A DNA stretch of 20,000 nucleotides from the IMG/VR virus record IMGVR_UViG_3300035682_000026; one strand, written 5' to 3'. Positions 1-7,837 of this stretch are shown piece by piece. The notes below the pieces were generated by a model. It did no database searches, had not been told where the DNA came from, and saw only the letters and a program-made list of their open reading frames with translations. Position 1 is the stretch's first letter; each line of letters starts with the position of its first letter. Source of the DNA: an uncultured virus (IMG/VR IMGVR_UViG_3300035682_000026). Taxonomy: Duplodnaviria > Heunggongvirae > Uroviricota > Caudoviricetes. Position numbers and translations under genes: made by a program.

Positions 1-30
1 TATAAAGTAATTGTTATTTTATTATTTTAG

Positions 31-61
31 CAAACTTACAACTAATTTTCTGTTGTAGCAA
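31..61 (-). promoter_or_regulatory. Bacteroidota-type sigma70 promoter driving a gene left of the window
   Basis: Minus strand TTG (61-59), 20 nt, TAAGTTTG (38-31); matches the TTTG/TAnnTTTG consensus. Confidence 0.55.
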
Positions 62-1082
62 CATTTTTTTCAAGTTTTTCTTTTAAATCTATTAATAATG
101 ATTTGGCATCATCATCTAAATCTTTTGGTATCTCCACATTTAATGTAATAACTACATCACCTCTTTGGTCTTGACCATAAAATTTCATACCTTTCTTTTG
201 TATTCTCAAATTAGAACCAACATCGCTATATTCTGGTATAGAAACTCTAATTTTACCACCATCAATTGTTTCTATTTCTACTTTACCACCTAGAACAAGC
301 AAAGGATAATTTACTTTCAAATTAAGTTTTAAATCATTACCACTTCTTTCATATGTTTTATGTAATAATTCTTGAACGTTAATAAGTAAATCACCACACT
401 TACCACTTTTTATCGCATGACCTTTTCCTTTCATGATAAATGTCATACCTTGTTGAACACCAGATGGAATATCAACATCAATTTTTTCTTCTATTGTTTT
501 TGTTCCACTTCCACTACATTTACCACATTGAACTTTATATTTAGTACCAAGACCAGAACAAGTTGGACATGGCATTGATTGTTGCATCATTCCTATTGGG
601 GTTTGCAATACCCTGGTAATAACACCTGACCCATTACATGAACCACAATTATCAATATCAGTACCACCATGACCACCGCAAGAATCACAACTATCATGTC
701 TAGAATATTTATAAGTTTTTTTAACACCTGTATAAATTTCTTCTAGCGTTAATCTAATGTTTAAACTCATATTATAACCAAAACGTTCAGGTGATTGTTG
801 GAATCCATTAAAATCAAAACCACCAAATGGATTTCTTTGTTGGTTTTGTTGACCCTCATGACCAAATTGGTCATATTTTTGTTTCTTATCATTATCAGAT
901 AAAACTTCATATGCTTCATTAACTTCTTTGAATGCATTTTCATCACCCCCTTTATCTGGGTGATGAATTTTACATAATTTTTTATAATTACTTTTTAATT
1001 TAGATTTAAATTCATCCTTTGATAAATTTTTATCATTTTTTGATAATTCTAATAATTCGTAATAATCTTTTTTATTTGACAT
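42..1082 (-). CDS. dnaJ: DnaJ (Hsp40) type I co-chaperone
   Basis: N-terminal J domain with HPD (HHPDK), short G/F region, four CxxCxGxG zinc-finger repeats, C-terminal substrate-binding domain. Confidence 0.96.
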   Translation of the reverse strand: MSNKKDYYELLELSKNDKNLSKDEFKSKLKSNYKKLCKIHHPDKGGDENAFKEVNEAYEVLSDNDKKQKYDQFGHEGQQNQQRNPFGGFDFNGFQQSPERFGYNMSLNIRLTLEEIYTGVKKTYKYSRHDSCDSCGGHGGTDIDNCGSCNGSGVITRVLQTPIGMMQQSMPCPTCSGLGTKYKVQCGKCSGSGTKTIEEKIDVDIPSGVQQGMTFIMKGKGHAIKSGKCGDLLINVQELLHKTYERSGNDLKLNLKVNYPLLVLGGKVEIETIDGGKIRVSIPEYSDVGSNLRIQKKGMKFYGQDQRGDVVITLNVEIPKDLDDDAKSLLIDLKEKLEKNVATTEN

Positions 1083-1185
1083 TTTTATTTATTTTAATAT
1101 TATTAATCATTTCTATTTCATCAGTATAAACAATGTCAAAATACCCACCATTAATACATTCTATTTTATCAGTATAATAAAACAT
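1072..1185 (-). CDS. Possible 37-aa small ORF (MFYYTDKIECINGGYFDIVYTDEIEMINNIKINKNVK), not in ORF track
   Basis: Read by hand; lies between the promoter at 1270-1301 and dnaJ, overlaps dnaJ start by 11 nt; contains an internal duplication. Confidence 0.3.
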   Translation of the reverse strand: MFYYTDKIECINGGYFDIVYTDEIEMINNIKINKNVK

Positions 1186-1269
1186 TTTTACATTATTATA
1201 AATGTATAGAAACCTATAAAAAGACTATATTACTATAGTTTATTTCATTCTAATGTATTTATTTTTTTG

Positions 1270-1301
1270 CAAATATACGTATACTTATTCATATAAACAA
1301 A
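1270..1301 (-). promoter_or_regulatory. Bacteroidota-type sigma70 promoter for dnaJ unit
   Basis: TTTG (1301-1298), 20 nt, TATATTTG (1277-1270). Confidence 0.7.
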
Positions 1302-1308
1302 TAATTAA

Positions 1309-1965
1309 ATGACATATCGAGTAGTTTTATTAGCAAACGGTAAATATAAGAAGACTTTACATAGGAGTAAGACTAGTGAAACAGCTTATCTTAACTTTCA
1401 TTCATTGAAAGAAAATAATAACGTCATGTTCCCTAGAAAATTTATCAATTCTAATGGTTTAAAACCAGTTAAGTATCAAATATGTGTTACAAAAATAACT
1501 GAAGAAGGTGATACTTTCCGTACCCTTAGAGATGGATATGGTAAATTATATACTGAAGAACCCCTAGGTGATTGGACAATCCTTGCTTCAGCTGATTATA
1601 ATGTAGAAGAAACCTTCTGGATACATGGATTAGAAAATAATAAAGATAGACCTACCATATCAGAAGTTGTTAAAAGACTTATGATAGGTGCTCATGGTAA
1701 AAAAATGGTTAAACAAATCATTGTTGTGTATAATAAACTAATAATATACAACGAGGACCAATTTGATATGATTATTTGTAAGAAATTAGAAGATGCTCAA
1801 CGATTACACCATACACTAGCTAAAATTGCAAAGAAACAAAAGATTAAGAGTCTATTGTTTATGGGTACTGCTAGTCCAGCAAATATTGGTAGATATTATG
1901 ATGTTATTCACGAAAATACTGGCTGGCCATATACTAAAATAAGACGTACTAGTACAAGACCATAA
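1309..1965 (+). CDS. Hypothetical basic phage protein
   Basis: 218-aa ORF with genome-typical codons, followed directly by a terminator; no family recognised. Confidence 0.85.
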   Translation: MTYRVVLLANGKYKKTLHRSKTSETAYLNFHSLKENNNVMFPRKFINSNGLKPVKYQICVTKITEEGDTFRTLRDGYGKLYTEEPLGDWTILASADYNVEETFWIHGLENNKDRPTISEVVKRLMIGAHGKKMVKQIIVVYNKLIIYNEDQFDMIICKKLEDAQRLHHTLAKIAKKQKIKSLLFMGTASPANIGRYYDVIHENTGWPYTKIRRTSTRP

Positions 1966-1999
1966 TAAAAAACCCACAGTAATTGTGGGTTTTTTATTA
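1963..1999. terminator. Bidirectional intrinsic terminator
   Basis: Perfect 16-bp inverted repeat TAATAAAAAACCCACA-gtaat-TGTGGGTTTTTTATTA between convergent genes. Confidence 0.9.
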
Positions 2000-2671
2000 G
2001 AAATTTAAAATCATATTACCAATTATTATTGTTACTTTACATGTTACCATTTCATCTATATCCATATCTAAAGGACCAAAATCCATTGATTCGAAGTAAC
2101 ATTCAGAAAAAAGCCATTGTTCAATAACAACACCAGTTGGGTCAAGCAAATCAATTGAAAAATCAAATGGTTCTCCTGGTCTTTCACGTAAAATAATCGC
2201 TAGTCTTTGTGCTACTGATGGACCAATAGGGTCAGCAAAAACCAAAACCATTGGGTCATATCGAATTTCACATCCATCAGGACCATTTCTTAAAATATAT
2301 GTTGATGGTCGACATGCTTTTCTAACCACCCATTGCTGTATTTCAAATTCTGGTGGCATATTTACCAAAAATCTGTTTTGTCTTTTTGGTTCATAAGGAA
2401 CATACCCAAAATTAGCCCTATTTACAGGTTGATGTATTGGTGATGGTTTAACCCATTTAATTTCATCAGAAACTGATTTTTCTAATCCATTTGTTTCAAC
2501 CCATTCTTTAACGGTGTTCACACATACCTCTTCCGAAAGGCTAAATATTTTGACCATATTTGTGACTATCCTATCACCAGTCACGATATTACCTTCACCA
2601 TTAATACAGTTATTATTAATAATTCTATAATATCTATCAAGATAACTAACAACCATTTGAATTTCTTCCAT
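1997..2671 (-). CDS. Tail-tube (T4 gp19-like) domain protein with ~85-aa N-terminal extension
   Basis: C-terminal motifs PYEPKRQNRF, RPS, FADPIGPS, LLDPTGVVIEQW, DFGPLD resemble myophage tail tube proteins. Confidence 0.7.
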   Translation of the reverse strand: MEEIQMVVSYLDRYYRIINNNCINGEGNIVTGDRIVTNMVKIFSLSEEVCVNTVKEWVETNGLEKSVSDEIKWVKPSPIHQPVNRANFGYVPYEPKRQNRFLVNMPPEFEIQQWVVRKACRPSTYILRNGPDGCEIRYDPMVLVFADPIGPSVAQRLAIILRERPGEPFDFSIDLLDPTGVVIEQWLFSECYFESMDFGPLDMDIDEMVTCKVTIIIGNMILNF

Positions 2672-2859
2672 TAACTAAATAAACTTTCAAGTCTTTTTAC
2701 TAGATAGCTAATTTTTTCATTGTTTCTATCTAGTATTAATTGTTGTTCAGGTGGGATATTACCAGCATATTCTGATTTTATCTTGGAATTTACTCTCTGT
2801 AAGTGGTCGCTTTCTCTAAGACATTCATCATAGATTACTGCTTTGTTTTCTTGTTCCAT
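2671..2859 (-). CDS. Hypothetical protein
   Basis: 62 aa, stop overlaps next start (TAATG); tightly packed operon. Confidence 0.75.
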   Translation of the reverse strand: MEQENKAVIYDECLRESDHLQRVNSKIKSEYAGNIPPEQQLILDRNNEKISYLVKRLESLFS

Positions 2860-2862
2860 ATT

Positions 2863-3207
2863 TTATTGGTTACATTTGCAATTTCCACCACATTCACATG
2901 GGTTATCATCAGGTGTTATTTCTTCATCTAGGACATCCATTTCCGCAGCTATTGAAAACTGTTCTTTAATGTCCGCTATCATTTGTGTTACTTTTGCCAT
3001 ATCAGGCTCTGCCATAACTACAGGGTTAATACATTCGATTCTTTCTTCACCACGTGTTGGTAAAAAGAAAGCAACTGCGTTAGCATCTTTCTGTGTTATC
3101 ACATCATTAACCATATCAACAAATGGTTGTGCAATTTCTCTATTGCTTAATAATTCTATATCTAAATAGAATACGAGTACTAATGGGTGTTGTTTTTCTT
3201 CTGCCAT
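2863..3207 (-). CDS. Hypothetical protein with Cys-rich C-terminus
   Basis: 114 aa, ends CECGGNCKCNQ; 3-nt spacing to both neighbours. Confidence 0.8.
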   Translation of the reverse strand: MAEEKQHPLVLVFYLDIELLSNREIAQPFVDMVNDVITQKDANAVAFFLPTRGEERIECINPVVMAEPDMAKVTQMIADIKEQFSIAAEMDVLDEEITPDDNPCECGGNCKCNQ

Positions 3208-3210
3208 TTT

Positions 3211-3453
3211 TTAATTGTTTATTAATTCCTCAAAGGTAACTTCTTTGATTATGTCTTCTAGAGCGATTTCTAGGTCAAAATTATCAACGATAAGTTCATT
3301 TACTCTCATGTCTTTAGATTCTTTACCAAGTTCGCTGTAACACGCTAATTTAACGTCATTTTCCATTAAGTAAACTAAATATTCACTAACAAGTCTATTT
3401 TTATGTATTTTGCTGTGTAATTGGTCTACTTCTTTAATAAGTATTGATTTCAT
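3211..3453 (-). CDS. Hypothetical protein
   Basis: 80 aa, first gene after a TAAATTTG promoter. Confidence 0.75.
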   Translation of the reverse strand: MKSILIKEVDQLHSKIHKNRLVSEYLVYLMENDVKLACYSELGKESKDMRVNELIVDNFDLEIALEDIIKEVTFEELINN

Positions 3454-3473
3454 AGGTTTTTTATTTTTATATT

Positions 3474-3504
3474 CAAATTTACTGAAAATAAAAATATGTG
3501 TAAA
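3474..3504 (-). promoter_or_regulatory. Bacteroidota-type promoter
   Basis: TAAATTTG at 3481-3474, weak TTTA 19 nt upstream. Confidence 0.5.
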
Positions 3505-3515
3505 TACTAAAAACG

Positions 3516-3541
3516 AAAAAAACCCACATTTCTGTGAGTTT
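3516..3541 (-). terminator. Intrinsic terminator after DUF2828 gene and putative ncRNA
   Basis: RNA AACUCACA-GAAA-UGUGGGUU-UUUUU: GNRA loop, G-U wobble valid only on minus strand, U tail. Confidence 0.85.
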
Positions 3542-3549
3542 CTTTTTTC

Positions 3550-3702
3550 TTTGTTCCAAGATAGGGGGGCATTTTTTTCTTCTAACCCTGTTAAGAAGCT
3601 TTCCCATTAAATAAAATTGTTAGAGGATTGGGTACCTACGGATTTCAAGTTTAGTTAAATTTTTTGTGTGTTTGGTTGCAGCACTTATCTTTTATGAACA
3701 AA
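3550..3702 (-). ncRNA. Putative structured ncRNA (Y-RNA-like architecture)
   Basis: 5' UUUGUUC and AAGAUAAG pair with 3' CCUAUCUU and GAACAAA; inner UCUAAC/GUUAGA stem; fills the gap between DUF2828 stop and terminator. Confidence 0.45.
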
Positions 3703-3706
3703 TATA

Positions 3707-5146
3707 TTATACTGTAATCGCAGAGTAACGCTCTGAATCAATTACATTCATCATCATTGAGTATGGACTCATATCTTTTCCACCCAATAGATTTGATAAT
3801 AGTGATGGCGAAAATCCACTAACGAGGCAAGTCCCATTTTTATCAAATTGAACTGGTTTGTTAGAGTCGTTTCTAGAATGGATATTCCAGTAAACAATTT
3901 TTGGCATCACATAACCTGCTTCAGCATACAATTTTTCAAAAGTTTCTTGTGCAGTAGAGTCCCAATTTCCTCTAGTACCAGCATTGAATTCCATATCCGA
4001 AAGGATAAGAATCATTGTTGGCATTTCACTTTCTTGAACATTGCTATCAATAGCTTTTTTCAAAATTAAATTAAATACAGCTTCAACATTAGTTGACATA
4101 TCCCATGCAGCGTTTTCTAATTGACTGTATCTTTCAGAAAGAGAACCTTTAAGGATTTGTAATTCTGGTCTGTTTGAGAAAGTAATAAACGCATCTTGAA
4201 ACATACCTATATTTCTTTCAGATATGTATAATCCCAATGAGATTGCTACATCCATACATGTTACACTTTGGCTGTTACCAGCAGAGCATGACATAGACCC
4301 AGAAACGTCAACAACTGGAAGGAATCTTTCATTGTTAGACTCCAAGAAGTTTGGCAATGCGTTCCATTGAGCGTTAGCACCTTTCACATTGTCTTGTTTA
4401 AGGTTTTTGATAACATCATATGGGTACAAAGCACCAGCATTGATTTTAGCTTCACCTTTTTCAACACTTGTTAAGTATTCTTGAAAACGAGCCAAGTCGT
4501 TTTTAGAAAAGGCTTTCATCAAATCACTCATTGCTTTTGAAGGCAATTTAGAGTATTCTATTTTAGTCCATTCTCTAGCACACATCAATTGCTCAACAGT
4601 GTTAGAGTTTTCAACAAGTAACTTACGGTACTCTTTTGGAGATAACCCTAAGTGTTTTCTAAGTGTATTAGCTTGTCTTTTAGCATCACGGCTAGCAACG
4701 TTTGGACGTGGCATCCATTTGCATGCTAACCCATTTTTAGCGTTTAACGCTTCAGTGATTATAGTTAATGCTTGATTCTCCAATGGAGTACCAAATAACA
4801 CTAACATATCATCCCATCTACCAAATTCTGAAATAAGGTGTAGGTTTTTACCTAATACTTCTGTACGGTTCTCAGCCAAGTAAGAGATTATATCTTTAAA
4901 TATTTGTCTTTCACCAGCACCACCACGTACATCTCTGGCCCAAAATAATAAACGCATAGCAGTCAATGGATTTTCTCCAAATGCTTTCGTAAATACATTA
5001 ATTAGACGAGTTTTGTCAGCACCTCTCATTGCACCAATCTGGAAGAATAAATCTACACAGTGGTTTAATGATGACGAGTTAGTAACCATACCGTTTTCAG
5101 TAAGTGAATTTTTAGTTTGCATTGCAGATAATAATGAATTTCCCAT
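3707..5146 (-). CDS. DUF2828-family Ro/TROVE-like protein with C-terminal vWA domain
   Basis: TENG N-terminus, ARDVRGGAGER, FGRWDD, KWMPR, KINAGALYPYD, MIDAS DVSGSMS, STN, ILSDMEF, IVYWN, VSGFS. Confidence 0.9.
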   Translation of the reverse strand: MGNSLLSAMQTKNSLTENGMVTNSSSLNHCVDLFFQIGAMRGADKTRLINVFTKAFGENPLTAMRLLFWARDVRGGAGERQIFKDIISYLAENRTEVLGKNLHLISEFGRWDDMLVLFGTPLENQALTIITEALNAKNGLACKWMPRPNVASRDAKRQANTLRKHLGLSPKEYRKLLVENSNTVEQLMCAREWTKIEYSKLPSKAMSDLMKAFSKNDLARFQEYLTSVEKGEAKINAGALYPYDVIKNLKQDNVKGANAQWNALPNFLESNNERFLPVVDVSGSMSCSAGNSQSVTCMDVAISLGLYISERNIGMFQDAFITFSNRPELQILKGSLSERYSQLENAAWDMSTNVEAVFNLILKKAIDSNVQESEMPTMILILSDMEFNAGTRGNWDSTAQETFEKLYAEAGYVMPKIVYWNIHSRNDSNKPVQFDKNGTCLVSGFSPSLLSNLLGGKDMSPYSMMMNVIDSERYSAITV

Positions 5147-5181
5147 AACGTTAAATTTTAAGTTTGTTTTTTAATTGAGTG

Positions 5182-5212
5182 CAAAGATATAACATTTATA
5201 CACTAATACCAA
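5182..5212 (-). promoter_or_regulatory. Bacteroidota-type promoter for DUF2828 gene
   Basis: TTG (5212-5210), 20 nt, TATCTTTG (5189-5182). Confidence 0.75.
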
Positions 5213-5229
5213 GTTTTTTTTGAATTATT

Positions 5230-5843
5230 TTAAATAAAATTTCTAACGTATTGATTTCTATGGTATTTACATACACCTTTTTCTTTAATTGCAGCTATAT
5301 GTGATGGTGATAAGTATCCTTTATTGCTATCCCAATCATATATTGGGAATAATTGATGTAACTTAACCATATATTCATCACGTCTAACCTTAGCAACAAT
5401 TGCTGCAGCGGCAATCGATAAATAAGTATCATCACCTTTAGGTACTAATTCAACTCTAATATCACCAATATTATCCCAAACGGTTCCATCTAATAATATA
5501 TAATCTGGTGTTATTGATAATTCGTCAATACATTTATGCATAACTTTGAACGTGGCGGGATTTATGCCAAGTTCATCTATATCAGATACAGAACCAGCAT
5601 TACAAGATATGGCTAACGCATTATCAATAATTAATTGGTATGCTTCTAATCTTTGTTTTTCCGTAAGTTTTTTTGAATCTCGTAATAACGGTGATGAAAA
5701 ACCCTTAGGTAATATCACAGCAGCAGTTACTACTGGACCAGCACCACAACCTCTACCAATTAGCCCACCTCGTCAATGCCGCAGATAAAATCTAATTCGG
5801 CTAGACGAGGTGGAGCATATTCTAAAATTTTATTTAATTTCAT
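5230..5843 (-). CDS. rnhB: Ribonuclease HII, discontinuous: 27-aa ORF 5843-5760 plus main frame 5757-5230 (about 201 aa if the 8-nt gap is skipped)
   Basis: MKLNKILEYAPPRLAELDFICGIDEVG* then, in another frame, GRGCGAGPVVTAAVILP..RDSKKL..LLDG..KGDDTYLSIAAAAIVAKVRRD..NKGY..HR. Confidence 0.9.
5763..5816 (-). other. GC-rich mRNA hairpin in the 5' rnhB segment ending at the last sense codon
   Basis: CCACCUCGUC (5813-5804) pairs with GACGAGGUGG (5774-5765); nested GCCG/CGGC and AGAU/AUCU stems. Confidence 0.75.
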
Positions 5844-6084
5844 TTCTTTTTTTAATTATATAATCATAAATTCCCCAACCAGATACTAGAACCCAAGTAG
5901 CCTCTAAAATTATAAATGGTGTATATTTTATTAGAATTGAGGCGATGCACGCTAAAATACCACCAAATAAGTTTAGTAATATATAAAAAATATTATCATT
6001 GTCTAATTTATCAACAATGTTTAAAACAAAGCCAAATAACATCATTGTTACACCTATTGAACCTATTATATCATTTATTTCCAT
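5830..6084 (-). CDS. Small 3-TM membrane protein (CBU_0592/PQ-loop-like)
   Basis: Three hydrophobic helices; IGSIG, Y..LN..G and PFIILE..W pattern. Confidence 0.7.
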   Translation of the reverse strand: MEINDIIGSIGVTMMLFGFVLNIVDKLDNDNIFYILLNLFGGILACIASILIKYTPFIILEATWVLVSGWGIYDYIIKKRNEIK

Positions 6085-6088
6085 AATG

Positions 6089-6118
6089 CAAAGTTACATA
6101 AATAATTTAAACTTACAA
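6089..6118 (-). promoter_or_regulatory. Bacteroidota-type promoter, possibly leaderless transcript (membrane gene + rnhB)
   Basis: TTG (6118-6116), 19 nt, TAACTTTG (6096-6089); ATG 4 nt downstream. Confidence 0.65.
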
Positions 6119-6349
6119 CTATTCTTCTTCTTTTTTTATAAATTTAACAACAATCCCATCAAAATCAGCTTCAAATTCATCAGTAAGTATTGGGTTATCA
6201 GTAATTGGATTGGATTTATAAAATAACAACTCATTCATTGCTTTATGATTTTTTGGTGTTAACTCATAAGTTAAGGTTAACCCATTTTTGTAAATTGTTT
6301 CATCATCTAGTATTGATGTTACGGTTTCTATTAAATTTTCGTATGTCAT
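6119..6349 (-). CDS. Hypothetical protein
   Basis: 76-aa ORF packed 1 nt from upstream gene. Confidence 0.8.
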   Translation of the reverse strand: MTYENLIETVTSILDDETIYKNGLTLTYELTPKNHKAMNELLFYKSNPITDNPILTDEFEADFDGIVVKFIKKEEE

Positions 6350-6350
6350 T

Positions 6351-6578
6351 TTAAAATTTTGTAAATATTTTTTTCAACCATATCATTAATTTTTCATATT
6401 TGGTTTTTTTAATTATTTTAGCTCTTCCTGGATTTTTTTTGATTTCTTCACCTAACCCTGTTTTTATATCTGTAATTAGTTCTCGTTTTCGTTTATCATT
6501 GTTTTGAGCCATCAAAACTTTTTCTTTCTGAGTTTGTTCAAGTTCTATACTTAATTCATCTTTATTTACTCGTATCAT
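6351..6578 (-). CDS. Hypothetical basic protein (start revised to MIRVNK at 6578)
   Basis: Track start at 6653 is non-ATG and runs across the divergent promoter region; ATG 6578 follows an ATATTTAT motif. Confidence 0.7.
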   Translation of the reverse strand: MIRVNKDELSIELEQTQKEKVLMAQNNDKRKRELITDIKTGLGEEIKKNPGRAKIIKKTKYEKLMIWLKKIFTKF

Positions 6579-6630
6579 AATTATATTTTTGATAAATATA
6601 ATAAAAAAAACAGTTTTGTCAATATAAATA

Positions 6631-6661
6631 TTTACTAATAGCGTTATAAACACTATATTTG
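6631..6661 (+). promoter_or_regulatory. Bacteroidota-type promoter for the + strand membrane gene
   Basis: TATATTTG at 6654-6661, TTTA 19 nt upstream, ATG at 6672. Confidence 0.55.
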
Positions 6662-6671
6662 AATAAAAATT

Positions 6672-7004
6672 ATGACAACACTTATTTTTATCCTTATTTG
6701 TTACGGAGCTTGTAACAATTTAATTTACGGTTCTCTATTCGAAGGATATAGAGATTTTTTAGCAAAATTTGGTACTGGTGGTTATAGCTTGTATAAATTA
6801 TTCACATGTTTTATGTGTTTAGGTACATGGATGGGATTTGCAGTATCAGGTATTCTTTATTACTATGGTTTTGAGCATTTAACACCTATGGGTGCTATTA
6901 CTTTGCCATGGTTAATGATTTTTATGAATGGTTTGGTTTCAACTGCTGGTGTATGGTTAATCCACACACTACAGGAAGCTTTAGAATCAATATCAAACGA
7001 ATAA
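6672..7004 (+). CDS. DUF1360-like membrane protein with CxxC
   Basis: Three hydrophobic segments; LFTCFMCLGTW resembles the L-x-x-C-x-x-C-x-G-x-W motif. Confidence 0.65.
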   Translation: MTTLIFILICYGACNNLIYGSLFEGYRDFLAKFGTGGYSLYKLFTCFMCLGTWMGFAVSGILYYYGFEHLTPMGAITLPWLMIFMNGLVSTAGVWLIHTLQEALESISNE

Positions 7005-7026
7005 TCATATACGAATACCATTAAAT

Positions 7027-7057
7027 AAAAAAGAGCCCTTAAAAAGGCTCTTTTTTT
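7027..7057. terminator. Bidirectional intrinsic terminator
   Basis: AAAAAAGAGCC...GGCTCTTTTTT between convergent genes. Confidence 0.88.
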
Positions 7058-7060
7058 GTT

Positions 7061-7831
7061 TTAGTATTTTGAATCGATGCAACGGTCACAAGCTTCATCT
7101 GGTCCACATTCACAATCACCACCATAATCAATAGTTGTTTCTAGTACTGGTTTACGTTTTGGTGGTAGTTCCACTTTATTTGCAATTTTTTTACTAGTAT
7201 TGTTTTTGTTTTTACTATCTAAGTATTTGCGATTTTGTTCGGCTCTAGCTTCTTCAGCTAATAATTCCATATCATCTTCACTTAGTTCAATTGGTTTGCC
7301 ATCTTCATCTAAATATGCAGTATGTTCAATAGATATTGGAGTTGATTCCACTTCTTCGTACTCATCAGTAACGCTATACTCTTCTGGTATTAAATTTTCT
7401 GATGGTAATGGTTGTGGTATTAATTCTTCTTCATCAAAATCATCCATATCAAATTCTGTTAAAGTGGGTACCAAATCTTCTTCAGCAAAGGTAAATTTAA
7501 GACATTTAAGTTTATCTAGAGATGTTTTTTTAAAGACTTCTTTTAACTCATTAAATTTTACTTTAAGTAAATCATGTTTTTTTTCTCTTTCTATATTTAA
7601 CTTTATAGTTTTATCAACAAAAGCTAATAATTCATCTAGACCAACACCAGGAATTTCACTAAGTAACATGAAATAATTCATATCATCATTCCCTTTAATC
7701 TTTTTTATCTTTGGGTCATCTGGAACATTCCAACCTTCTTTAAATACAGCATCAACAAGAGGAGTTCCTTCAAGGTAGCGTATCCCAATTACATATGGTT
7801 GAAGTGAATCAAGAGTTTTTTGTATATTCAT
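7061..7831 (-). CDS. Hypothetical protein with acidic linker and Cys4 C-terminal motif
   Basis: 256 aa, ends CECGPDEACDRC. Confidence 0.85.
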   Translation of the reverse strand: MNIQKTLDSLQPYVIGIRYLEGTPLVDAVFKEGWNVPDDPKIKKIKGNDDMNYFMLLSEIPGVGLDELLAFVDKTIKLNIEREKKHDLLKVKFNELKEVFKKTSLDKLKCLKFTFAEEDLVPTLTEFDMDDFDEEELIPQPLPSENLIPEEYSVTDEYEEVESTPISIEHTAYLDEDGKPIELSEDDMELLAEEARAEQNRKYLDSKNKNNTSKKIANKVELPPKRKPVLETTIDYGGDCECGPDEACDRCIDSKY

Positions 7832-7837
7832 AGTTTT

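Noticed and set aside
1963..3541. Identical AAAAAACCCACA arm in two hairpins as a mobile repeat
   Set aside because: Only two short copies, both explained as intrinsic terminators
3550..3702. tRNA gene
   Set aside because: No cloverleaf, T-loop GTTCRA or CCA end seen here or elsewhere in the window
5230..5718. rnhB starting at GTG 5718 as in the ORF track
   Set aside because: Would lack the catalytic DE and GRG..GP motif, which are encoded upstream
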